This document shows positions 14,021 to 26,308 of a stretch of 64,000 bases of DNA, in pieces. Every line of letters begins with the position of its first letter. The first letter of the stretch is position 1. Source of the DNA: Callorhinchus milii (taxonomy: Eukaryota); contig NW_024704743.1 of the NCBI RefSeq assembly GCF_018977255.1, forward strand, positions 62,808,001 to 62,872,000, read 5' to 3'. The notes beneath the pieces were generated by a model. The model did no database searches. It was not told where the DNA came from and worked only from the letters and a program-made list of their open reading frames with translations. The position numbers and the translations under genes are program-made.

Positions 14021-15154
14021 GGGTAATCTCTCAGCTAGTTACTGGTGAACCTGGATCAACTGCACAAAACTGCTGAGCAAGCCGTAAGTCCTATAAGATG
14101 ACAGAAATATTGACATTGGTGTACCTAGCATGGGAGTGTTTGATTTCCCAATACTGATGCAGTAGAATGTATACAACTCAAAGAAGGGTCAGACAGTACT
14201 ATTGAAAAAACGATGTCACGGCAGTAACACCTCAGGAATGTAGCCACATAAAAGTTGATGGTTGTTATCGAATACTCTCCTGATTTAAAAAAATGATTGT
14301 GACATGTGAAAATACTGTATGCCCTTGAATGAGTCACTGTTTCGGGAAGAAGAGAGGTGAATTGCAAATGGAAATGTAATAACTGGAATTGTATAATACC
14401 AGTCTCATGAACAGTGCAGCAGTCAGTTTTTTTTATAAATGTGATGAGTTTGGTATCTACTTTGTAAAAGTGTTAAGATCGTCATTGGAAGGATTGGTTT
14501 TCAATCCATCTTAGCTTTTTCTCAGTTTAGTGCTTTTGATCCGGTTTGGTTATATTGACTGATCACAAAACCATTAAAAAAAACTGAAGTAAATTGTAAA
14601 CCATTTTTTCTGCAAATCAATAGAAACTTATTCTTGTTAACAATGTGCATATAATGTGGTTTGGATGTCCGTGTTTAGAATAATACTTTGCATTAAGTTA
14701 TTGCACACTAAATTTGATTATAAACACACACTAAATTGTAATACAAACTTTGTTTTTCATGCTATTTGATTTAAATCTTAACAGTCATAGACTGCTATCA
14801 TCAATAGTAAGTGAAACATGTGATTGAATACCATTTGCCAGCATTGTAACTACTTTAGTGTTGTACACGTGGACAAATGGAAGTTTGAAAGAAATGAGCA
14901 AGTGTCCTTGTCAGTATTGACTACTAACTTAAACTCTTTTTCATCCTTTGAATGCTGTAGCATGCGTGTTCAAATACTGCAGTAGTGTGGAGAAACTGGA
15001 TTAACATACCTGTGGTGTGGGTCAGATCAAATCCCTTCAAACCAGAATATCTGATATTAGCACTCTTTTCAAACAAATATTTGAGAGGGCAGAATAATAT
15101 TACAAGGAAATAAAATAGTTAAAAGCAGTAGTTGAGATCCATAAAGGTGTCAAC

Positions 15155-15558
15155 ATGTCTCAGTTAGTAGCACATTCATTTGAGTCACAAGGTTGGGGGT
15201 TCAAGCACTCAAAATGGGACTTGGAACCATATAGTTTATGCTGAAGCTTCAGTGTAGTGCTGGGGCTACGCTGCATTGTCAGAGATGCTGTCCTTCGGAT
15301 GAAATATTAAATCGAGGTCCTGTCTGCCTGTCCAGGTGGCTGTTGAAGATCCCAGGGTAATCATTGAAAAGAAAAAGGAGTTTTTCCTGTTGTCCTGGCC
15401 AACAATTCCGCAGATAAAATTGATCTCTTATTTGATGGCTTTTGAGAGACTGCTGTGTTCGTCCACGCACCATTTCCTGTAAAGAGTATATCCTGTAAAG
15501 AGCTTTGAGACATCTCATTGATGTGATAAGCTGCTATATCAAATGCAAGTATTATTAT
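15155..15558 (+). mobile_element. Older Deu-domain SINE (SacSINE1/AmnSINE-like)
   Basis: Degenerate tRNA head; central gtcagagatgctgtccttcggatgaaatattaaatcgaggtcctgtctgcc..gatccc..gtcctggccaaca; L2-type tail. Confidence 0.75.
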
Positions 15559-16134
15559 AAACTACAGTGTCATAAAATTTCAACCAGCTTTATAACAGCA
15601 ATGAAATGGTGCAAATGAGAAATGTTGGAAAGACGGGAAGTGGGAAAACTAGTCAACCTAGACCATGTGAGTTCGAAGTCCCAATGTGTGGCTTTGTGAA
15701 GGTGAAGATTTTAGATTATGTGAAGGTTTTAAGGGTAGCTTGAAATTCCTAAGCAATTTTTTTTTATTATTGTGCAGCACTATACAATACAGAACAACCT
15801 GCTCACATCCCCTTTCAACCTGCCTCCTTTGCTTGGCTAGCTTAGGCCTTCTGCGTATCCCTTGACCTCTTTGCTCCACCATTGGTGACCGTGCCTTAAG
15901 CCACTATGCCCTGAACCTCTAGAAATCTCCATATCAATCCCTCTGCCTTTACCTCTCTTTGCCCGCCTTCAGATCGCACTTGAATACTTTCCTCTAGGAC
16001 AGCGACTACAGTTCCTTCCCCTGTCTCCAAGGCTCAGCATCAATTTCTCAGCATTCCCAGACAACTCTATATAAATGCAAATTGTTGTTAATATTCTATA
16101 AACATTTTATACCTACTCTCACTTTTTTTGACAG

Positions 16135-16250
16135 GTGCAGATTCAGTCAAATGTTGCATCCCATCTTTGAAGAGGCTTCCACAATTGTGAAAGATGAATA
16201 TCCAGATGCAAAGCAAGTGGTTTTTGCAAGGGTTGATTGTGACCAGCATG
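16135..16250 (+). CDS. ERP44: ERP44 coding exon 4 (CRFS active-site motif)
   Basis: ttgacag|G TGC AGA TTC AGT...CAT G|gtgagt; CRFSQMLHPIFEEASTIVKDEYPDAKQVVFARVDCDQH; 116 bp. Confidence 0.98.
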
Positions 16251-18954
16251 GTGAGTAAGCAGGTTTCAAATATATTTAGACTCATGGGCTTGAGAACACA
16301 AAGGAAAAGCTAACACTAATTCTGGTGGCACAGCTCATTGGTGCACTTATAGTCAATTTACTGTCAAAGATTATCTAGATTTGACTTGCTTTAGTCTGAT
16401 CACTTGTAGCTAAAGTGCAAATTTTACAAGCTTTGCTTTGTTGCATTTGCATTGCACACTGTACAGCAAACTGAGGCATGCTACAAATAATGGTGAGAAA
16501 TAGTGTAATAAGGAGGTTTTCAGAAATTGCAATACCCAGGTAAAATTGGCCATTCACTTCATTGTTGTTTGTGTAAACTTGCTGCCATGTTGGCCTACAA
16601 AACCCCCTGTGCTTGCACTTTAAAATGAATCCGGTGAAGTGTTCTGAGGTGTCCTGATGACATGAAAGGCAATTATTATTATGTATACCTCTAAAAGTCT
16701 CACTGGTAAGCTAGACAAGATTTTGACCATAAATTGTGCCTTGAATGACAGCCTTAGCTGTCTGCTTTTGCCAGGATTATCCTTAGAGACGTTGACCCTG
16801 TATACTCGTTACATTCCTATTATATCTTTTCAATGTGAAATGGAAGAAAATCTTATTTGGTATTTAAAATGTAATTTGGGTATGTCCTCGCCTTGATCCG
16901 AGGTACATCCGGCCATTTCCCTCTGTACGAGTCGCAAATTCCATCAAGTTCCATATGTGCTTTTACCAAGGCTTTAATGGTACTTCAGCTGCTATTTTAA
17001 ATGAACAATAGCAGTTAGTCTTACCAATTAAATTCATCCTTCCAGTATGGGATCTAATTTTGGTGCAATCTTGTGATGGATTGGAAGCAGTCATGACATG
17101 TGAAATTAACTTTCTCTTGTGTTCCTGAGAAATCGGAAAAATTAACAAGCTTTCTGCTGCAGTTAAATTTTCCTATTTACTCAATTCGTTTAAGGATCAT
17201 GTTTTATCCTCCCTCTTAAATTCCTCCTAAACGTTATGACTTTCTATATTTTTCCGTAATTCCTATCCTTGTCTCACCCACTTAGCATCAACTCCATTTG
17301 GGGGGAGGGTTAAAGGAGGTGCACGTATTTGGTGGTACAATGGCAGATGTCTCCCCATATGTGTCTTGTGGTCTTTGAAACTCAAATGTTTGGAGAAAGT
17401 GTATTGGGATATCTTAAGTTGACAGATGCTCCCTAGCATAATGCATGTTCTAGCAACCCTGATTTCAGCAAGTGGTTGCATTTGAATTCCTGCACACAGG
17501 GACAGGATTTCTCTGTGTAGATATTTTAGATAAATATCAGCTGTTGAAGCATTGTCTTTCTGACATATGCAGGGAGGCATGTCTTACGTGCCAGCAATCT
17601 GCACAGCTTGAATCATGTTCTGTAGAAGACTGAAGGTCTTTTTCAAATTAGAGCCTGGAAATTGTGCTCAGAATTTTGACATTTTCGTCCGATTTCAGCA
17701 TTTCCTTTTCAGCCCTCCATTTATTTTGTGTACAGTATTTTAAATGCACTGGGGCAATGCATGTATTGTTCTAAAATTATCTAGTGATGGTTGAAGATTG
17801 CCATGTCTTCTGGCAATGGACCACAACCTTTTAAATTCCAGATTACATTTTGTTCTTATAATCGTTGCATTTGATATGCACTTTTCATATCAGGAAGATT
17901 TCTTTAACATCACAAGATAGGCTGTAAAATATAGTTACTATTTATTTTGTAGGCGAATATCGCAGGTAGATGGAGCTCTCATTGGTAATCATATTACAGA
18001 CCTTGGATAAACAGACCTCTCGTTCAATTTATAGCAAAGTGGACACACAGGTCTTCAACTGAGAATTTCTCCTCTTGGAGCACTGAGTTTTCTTCCAGTG
18101 GCTTGGGATGTCCTCCCGACATGACATCAAAGGTGCTATATAAATGCAAGTTGTTGTTGTTGTTTCTTGAAATCGTCCAGCGTTCTCTAAGAATCCTTGG
18201 CTGGTGTTAATTCTGGCTGCCAATATTGCAGCCTTTCTTGTATTTGAGAACGAGTTCCACAAAGGAAGGAAAGAGCCAGCAACATAAATTGTGGTTCCAG
18301 AAATCTAGAGCATTTTGTGTGGTTCTCAGCTTCAAGTCCATTGGTCATGTGGCTCGATGCTTTTATGCAGATTAGCTTTCAGATTTTCCTACGTAAGTCA
18401 AAAGTAACTTGTCATGCATGTGCTGTGATTTAAAAATGTTCAAAATAATAAACTGCTATATAAAATATAAATTATTATTGCTTCATTGCCTTGTTGTCTC
18501 ATCAGTGCATCAGTCATCACAAGAACATTTTTTCTTGAAATGTAAGTTTGAAGTCCACTAAACCCCTGACTAATGAGGGGGGAGAGATACGGTCCGCAAA
18601 CCGGATTATCTGGCTAACTGCTAATCCTTATAGCAAAAATTTTTAATGAATTTTAAATAAATAAAATAGACAAACCTCCCCAAAAATAACAATAGTTCTA
18701 TACTCACCATTGAGGTGATGCATCTCTGTTGGTGCATTGTCGAGCTTTGGCACCACATGGGCTGGTGGGAGTTTGAGAACACGGGCTGAACTTTAGAATC
18801 GCTGAATTTTTTTTCAGACCTGGTCTGGGTAATTCTGGATATGCAGGGTCCGCATAGCCAGGGGTATCCTGTGCATCAGTCTCACACTGTATGTTACAGT
18901 AACTTCAGATATGTTCAATTGTCTGGTTATTTTTCTTGTGCCATGCTCTTACAG

Positions 18955-19139
18955 CGGATATAGCACAAAGGTACCGGATAAGTAAGTATCCAACGCTGAA
19001 ACTGTTCAGGAATGGGATGATGATGAAGCGAGAGTACAGAGGTCAGAGATCAGTGACGGCACTTGCAGACTTCATCAAACAACAGAGAAATGATCCTATT
19101 CACGAAATCCAAAGTCTCGATGAATTGCAAACAATTGAT
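18955..19139 (+). CDS. ERP44: ERP44 coding exon 5
   Basis: cttacag|CG GAT...ATT GAT|gtaagt; DIAQRYRISKYPTLKLFRNGMMMKREYRGQRSVTALADFIKQQRNDPIHEIQSLDELQTID; 185 bp. Confidence 0.98.
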
Positions 19140-20514
19140 GTAAGTCTAAGAACAAAACTTGCATTCTAGTTCAAATCTCAGCAGTGATATATGATGTGTT
19201 TTTAACAAATCTGTGACAAATTCATTCTTACTCATTTGAAATGGTCGTTTCATTTGAGTAATTGTATAGGGTAAAATATTAAACTTTGTTTTCTAAAGGT
19301 ACAAGTAAGGGCTATCTTTCTCACAGCTAATTTAAATTTAATATGAGTGCACCAATCATCCTCAGCTGTGCTGTTAACGCAAAAATTTGATGAATTCCAT
19401 AATGCATGCATTCAGCTAAAGCTGTAGAAACATCCACAGTATAGTGTCGTACTTCCTGAGTTCTTTCCACCTAAACATTCTTATTATAGCTATTATTGTA
19501 AATTATGATTGGGTTTCTTGGATCGATTCCATGTCTCTAATCAACTGTAATTTATTTTTCAAGTGTGCTAAGTATTGTAGTAATGCACCATGTGTTCACG
19601 TCCGTTAACTTCCTTCCCGTTTACAATTTGTACAGTGTTCCAAAAATGAGGTACTTTTTTTTTCAATTCAATAATTTTCAATTCCTAGTTCTTGGGTATA
19701 GTAAGGTAATACAAAATAATACTGATATAATGTTACAACAGGTGTCCTTAAAATCCAGCAAGAGTAATAACGGGGCAAAATCATCATTCAGTTCTTATGT
19801 ATTTACTGCATGTGTGCTGAAAGTGGGTTGGCGAGCAGAATGTCAACTAGCATTCCACTCTAAAATGTCGCCGACTTGCAGGTCATCGGTTTTTTTGTAA
19901 CGTCACTTCCCACGTGCAGTTTGTAGAAAGTGACCTGATAATGTGGGAGTGGGCTGTTGTTTGGCAAGTGAGAAGCAAATTGACAGCTTGAAGTGAGCTG
20001 GCCTGGTTTGTGGGAACAGTTTCTTTTTGTTAGTAATTGTTAGACCCCACACACCATTCTGTCTCAAAGCAAACCAGTATTTTAATGAAACTCGCTAAGG
20101 TGGTTGGTGCACTCGAATGTAGTTTGAAGGGCTTCTCTTAATTTTGGACATTGACCACTCTTTTCTCTAGTCAGGATTAGTGGTCATTAAGCATAAATGA
20201 GTAAAATAAATTAGCTGTTTTGTTGCTCACATCACGCACCCGTAATCCACTTCTAATGTCTACTACTTATGAAATCACATATTATTTCACCTGCATTCTT
20301 TCAGGAGACCCCAATTTCACATGCATGTCCTAGGTTCTGCAGTCCTAGGTTCAGCAATAACTACTTCAGTAGAGGATGTCAAAATATCTGTTTAATTGAG
20401 CAAATTAAATCTGATCTGCGATGCTCCACAATGTTTCACAATGATTATCTTCAATATTTAATTGTGCTCCTTGTGTAATAATACAATTGTTCTGTTTAGA
20501 AGGACAGTTTTGTA

Positions 20515-20613
20515 CAGGGTGACCAAAAAGTCGTGAGACCATTACAATGATACCTTTAAAAAATGATTTTTTTTAGATAATAGGGTAGTTATCACGACTT
20601 TTTGGTCACCCTG
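20515..20613. mobile_element. 99-bp MITE, Tc1/mariner type
   Basis: Perfect 22-bp TIRs CAGGGTGACCAAAAAGTCGTGA with TA on each side. Confidence 0.88.
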
Positions 20614-21400
20614 TATTTAGCTGCAGATTATAGTAATGATTTTTTTTAATTCAACTCTTTAAAACCTGGAGGATAATTTTCATACATGGCAGAATGTTTT
20701 GAGGTTAGTCACGACCACCTCTTGTGCTAAACACAGAAAAATTATATAGAAGCACTGCATTCTGAAGGATTAAAGAACATGCTAGATAATTCTTGAAAGT
20801 GTTGTAATCCTGTTATTACTTCTAGCATTTGTGTAAATGGTGAAGTACATTTTAACCACATTAACAGCCTATCATTTGTTGTGTAGTAATATTTGTTACT
20901 TTACAAAATCTGAAGGAGTTGTAAAATCATCAAAATCTGTTTAAAGGGACTGGAGGACAATGTTAGAAATCAGTTATTTAAAGACATGTAATGAAACTTC
21001 AATCATTTAAAATTACCAATACTTTATTAGCCAGAATAAATTTTATGTCGAGTCTATACACTAACCACGACTGGGCATTAAAATTATTTGCTGGAGATGT
21101 ACAGCTATATGGTTAAGAGATTTTGAAGTGATGCTGTTGATTTCTGAAATTGCACCTCACTTATAGTTTGACTCCTTTGTAATGAAGCAGGAAGAAATTT
21201 CAATCTGCAATTATCCTCTTGTGTGGTCAGTTCAGAAAATGCAAATATCTTTGTGAGATTTGGCTTGAATTTAAAATGTAAATAGTTTGCTACCTTTTTT
21301 AAACCAGGTTAGCTCAGATGTGGTGCTGGCCGGATGGCGGAGTTGCCAGGAGTGGTATTTTGATTGAACAATCCATTACTATTGTTGCTTTGTCTTACAG

Positions 21401-21516
21401 CGCAGCAAACGTAACATCATTGGATTTTTTGAACAAAGAGAGTCAGACAACTACAGAACCTTTGAAAAAGTGGCCAATATATTGCGGGATGATTGTGTCA
21501 TTCAGGCCGCTTTTGG
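21401..21516 (+). CDS. ERP44: ERP44 coding exon 6
   Basis: tcttacag|CGC...TTT GG|gtaagt; RSKRNIIGFFEQRESDNYRTFEKVANILRDDCVIQAAF(G); 116 bp. Confidence 0.97.
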
Positions 21517-23169
21517 GTAAGTGTGAGCTGATATTCACATTTTTGTATTGGCAGGAATTATGGGACCATATGTAAAAATACAGATGTTGCTTCATATCTC
21601 CTCTGCTGCTAAGTCATGTATCCTTTCCAAGCCGACTCCAATGCTGCTCTGTAAGCAGTCCATAAGAGATGCACGAGAACAGCTCAGCTGGAACGTTTTT
21701 CCAGTGTTTCCCTTTGGCAAGTGAATCCTCCTATGACTCTCATCACTTCCTTCTGAGTTCCTATTTGCTGCTTCACCTTGGCCTTAAAGTACAATTCCAT
21801 TTTGGAAATGGTTGTAAATACTTACCATCTCGTGAGTTTTTAAATGTTGGCTTTAAAAACATTAAATAGTTTAAATTGAGCAGAGTGTGCTGCAATGATT
21901 TCCAAATATTTTGCCTTGTAATCAGTAGTTTAGAAGACCTTAGTATTTAAAATGCAGTGGTCACTGTTATAAATGGTTTAAAGTTTGTTTTAAAGTGAAA
22001 TTATGCAACTCGCTGATAAATTTGATGAAAACATTGCTTTCTCAAGCACGAGCCTATTTTGTGACAGGTATTTTGCTTCCTGCCCTTTGGTTGGTTCAAA
22101 GAGTCCACCAGGATGCAAAATATTAGCCACAAATCAGTTTTGTCGCCTGTCACGTTGCCAAAATGTGCCATTTCAGTCACAAATCCGATTTGCAATTAGA
22201 GCAGCGACTTCCAGTTTGTGACTGCTGTATTTTCAGCCCCATTTTTGCGTGATGCAGCTTTGACAATACCCACATTTCTTTTGGAAAAACATGCAGGTTG
22301 AATCTCTGCCTTTATTTACATTTATTAATATAAGATGTGTTGATTAAGGGTTAGAATAAATTAGGGTTCTAGATGTTCAAAAATCTTTACACATCTCTGC
22401 ACACTAATCAGTTCATTATGGTGACATGATGGGATTAGTGACAGCTAATAACACTGTATTTAGAACTGGTAATTAAGTGTCGCTTGCAGCTGCTGTTATA
22501 CACTTCCCTAGAACAAAAATCAAGACTTTTTTGCAGCAAATTAACTTGTATAAATAGGCAGTCCAATCGTGTGCAGCGCAGTGCTTAGGAATGAGAATCT
22601 GCTCTGGATCATGCTGTCTCTGGCTTTGTTTTTAAGTGTTTTTTTTCCTTTAAGTTCAGTTGAAGTAAATGTTGATCTCTGTGCCAGGGGAGACTACTTG
22701 TATCAGCATAGACATCAATTGTATTAGACCCATTTTAGAAACTTCCTCATGTCGGCTTGTGGCAGGAATCCCGAAAGTAATCTTACAAGAAAAATACCTT
22801 GGATAGTAGTACTATACATATATATAGTAGTACTTGGATAGTGCTATAGCACGTCAAGAAGCCTTGTAAGCGTTTTACAGGAAATTACTGCTTTTGTCGG
22901 CAAATGCTACACCAGCAGAGTCCCACAAATGGCCACAAGGTGATTTATTTCATCTGCAAGATTGTTGTTCATGGTCCTGGGAGGAATTCTCTTCTCTCTT
23001 TATATTGTCGCATTATCTTTAAAAATACTGTAAACTACTATGACGTGCTTTGAGACATCTTCCCGACATGATTATATGGCCACAGGGCAGGAGAATTGGT
23101 CGGAGGGCAGAAAGTAAAGAATAAAGGAAAATGTAAGGCTGACATCTAGATTTTTAACCACTGAAAAAC

Positions 23170-23597
23170 TCGTTAATTCAAGATCCTCGTCCTCACTTTC
23201 AAGGCCATCCATGGCCTTGCCCCCTGCTACCTCTCTGACCTGCTGACTCTCTACCAACCTGCCCGCTCCCTCCATTCAGCGGGCTCCAGTCTGCTCCATG
23301 TCTCACGCCTGACCCACCCTACCATCAGTGGCCGGGCTTTCAGCCTCTCTGCCCCCACAATCTGGAACTCCATCCCATGTTCCCTTCACCTCGCTTCCTC
23401 CCTTGCCTCCTTCAAGGCCGGTTTCAAGATCCTTCTCTTCGATTGTGCCTTTGGTCGCGCTCCCACCTCTCTGCCTTCCCTCACCCATACACCACCCCTC
23501 CCCCATGCTCGGGCCCCGACCCCTGACTGTTCAGCGTTTTGGGACGTCCTCCCAGCGTGAAAGGTGCTCTATAAATGTAATTTTGTTGTTATTGTTA
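23170..23597 (+). mobile_element. L2 LINE 3' fragment
   Basis: Same family and tail as 3850-4256. Confidence 0.82.
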
Positions 23598-24298
23598 ATA
23601 TTTTCACCAATCTGTCCATCACCAAACAAGAATTAATAACAGTAAAATCTACCAACTCTGAGTATCTGTAGACTCTGTTGATTAAAATTCAGTGGAAAAC
23701 CACCAGTCCGATTCCATCTTCATAATTACAACAGCCTCGGAATTATATCCGAACCCTGACTTCTCTGTGAGAATCCTATAGCGTTAATCTTGTCCACGCA
23801 GATGCCCGAGCTGAGCAAGACAGTTGTGTAGAACGTGTCCATACTCAGGGGGCTGAGTTTGTGCCAACAATAGAATTATTTTGTGTGTGTCTTTTTGTAA
23901 GTCTGTGGTCCACTTGTCTTTTACATAAATTGTGATACTGTATAAACTCCCAGCTGAAGCTTTACTTCCAATTATAAGCAATGCCAGTAAGTTCTCCACC
24001 ATTCCTGGTGAACCGATCAAAACGCAGGGTGTTTTAAGCTCTGTGTTTGAACAACAGATAGAATGTAACTTTTATTTGGAATCAGGAATTGCAGCCGCAG
24101 AAACTACAATCGCTATTCACCTCACACTGTCCTTTATTCCTTGAACTGATCACAACTGTGATCACAACTGCAAGTGACCCTTCATAATAAAGAGCTGTCC
24201 TATTGACTTGCAGCAGATAATTCTATTACAGAATAGAAGTATTGTATGAGATAATTTTATTGAGTAATATCTCTTGAATGTTCTTTTTCCTTTTTTAG

Positions 24299-24356
24299 AA
24301 GTGTTGCAAAACCTGAGAGGTTCAGTGGTGATAACGTAATATACAAACCAATTGGG
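24299..24356 (+). CDS. ERP44: ERP44 coding exon 7
   Basis: ttttttag|A AGT...ATT GGG|gtaagt; SVAKPERFSGDNVIYKPIG; 58 bp. Confidence 0.96.
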
Positions 24357-24556
24357 GTAAGTTCATAGCCCCTTTTGTCATATTTAGTGTATTCTTTACC
24401 ACTTGAAATTCATAATCAATATTTGTATACAGTAGCCTGTTAATATTTTAAAAGCATTATATCCTGCATTGCAATCAGTCTCATGGTTAATTCAAAATTG
24501 ACATATTATTTGGTTCTGTCTAACCTCATGTAACATGTTTTATTCCTTTCCCCTAG

Positions 24557-24673
24557 GAGAACAGTCCTGACATGGTGTATTTGGGTTCGCTGAATAATTT
24601 TGATCTGTCGTTTGCCTGGACTCAGGATAAGTGTGTGCCATTGGTTAGAGAAATCACTTTTGAAAATGGTGAG
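24557..24673 (+). CDS. ERP44: ERP44 coding exon 8
   Basis: ttcccctag|GAG...GGT GAG|gtaagt; ENSPDMVYLGSLNNFDLSFAWTQDKCVPLVREITFENGE; 117 bp. Confidence 0.97.
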
Positions 24674-25927
24674 GTAAGTCCAAGTTGGCTGTGAAAAGAA
24701 CTATTTATACAATGCCCTGATTTATATCAGTGAGGAGTCCTGAGTCAATCACTGCACTTGAAATTTGAGGAAAGACATTCACATCTAACCATTTGAAAAC
24801 ATTTGTATTACAGTTGTTTCTCAATATCCATTTTTGTCTAAATCTCTTCTCCCCCATTCCCCTTCTAACGCACATTATACACCAATCCTAACTGAGGAAA
24901 CAGGTGGGTGAACAGCTTCAGGCATCCACCAATACAGCTATGTAACCTGCCATCGAGTGTGAGTGATGTAATTGAGTCCTTTTTTTAAAAAAAACTTCCT
25001 TCCCTCCGGGGAGAAGCACTCTGAGAATAAAGCTCAGTGTGGGAGAACTGCAGAGACAGACTAGGTTTTGCTGCTCAGTGTTGCTACCAGTCCTCATTTT
25101 ACAAAAGTACATTGCAAACAAACCAGTTGATTTTTGTAGCTTGGGACAAAGTCCTGCTTAATATTTTGACTCCATGTGGTTTTCATACATAATGGTATAT
25201 ACTGTAAGAATCAGTAATTAAACCATGCTACTAATGTTTTAATGAAGGCCACTGCAATGCTGTGCCTTGGAGTGATGGGATGTGGATCTGAATGTTCATT
25301 TCCTGATTCAGTGATCCCTGAGTTCTGTGTTGCAACTTGCCATGGAAACCTGAGAAAAAAATATATGATCAATCATTATTACCTTTTGCTAAAGTCCAAG
25401 ACAGGGGATTAGTGCTGTATTTCAGTTGAGGAAACATTCCACAAATAGGAAGATTGAGATTTGATTCCAGAGATGTGTGGACACATTCTCAGGGTCAGAC
25501 ATGAAGCTGAGATATGCCATCCTGGGCATATTGTGGGTATGATGGGTTTGTAGGAAAACATTCTTAATTTTAATGTTCAGAATAGTTCAGCATTGTATGC
25601 TCAAAACGTTCAAAAGATGAATAAAAAATTATAATCCTTACATTTGATACAATGCCTTTCAAATGGGGATGATGTGTCGACACAATTCACAGGATTTATT
25701 GTAAAATATAATGACTGTATTTTGTAGGCAAACACAGCAGACAATTTGCTCACAGTAATATCTGATAAAAAGCCATGAAGTATAGAACTATTGAAATTTG
25801 GTGTACAGAAGAAAGTCAATTGGCCTATCGTGTGTGCATTGACTATTTTAAGAGCTAACCTTTCAGTCCCATTTACCTGCCCTTTCCCCAAGCCCCTTGT
25901 AGTATTCTCTTTTAGGTATTTATTTAG

Positions 25928-26308
25928 TTGTAGTCCTGTAGCTCAGTGGTTAGAGCAGTCGCCTCGCAAGCGAGTAACCTGGGTTCAATTCCCAGCAGGG
26001 AGAAACTATGGGCAAGTTTCCTTACTCCACACACCTCTGCCTACCTGGCAATAAGTAGAAACCCGGTTGTTAGTCGATTGGCGGATCACTTATCCGGAGG
26101 TAATCATTTCTTCAACAACAACAAAAATGATAATAAATTGGTCATTTCAATCCACGACTGTTTGTAGGACACTGCTGTGAAAAATTGGCTACCATGTTTC
26201 GCCCACAGAATATACAGTCAATTCACTTCACAGTATATTCTGTGAAGCGCTGTGAGACGTCTCGAAGATGTGATGAGGCGCTATATCAAATGCAAGGATT
26301 ATTATTAT
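25928..26308 (+). mobile_element. tRNA-derived SINE, long form, full length
   Basis: gtcctgtagctcagtggttagagc..gggttcaattccc..gcgctatatcaaatgcaaggattattatt. Confidence 0.9.

Noticed and set aside
16653..16667. CTGATGA-cat-GAAA hammerhead-like string
   Set aside because: No helix II between the core motifs, and it lies in a degenerate SINE/L2 tail
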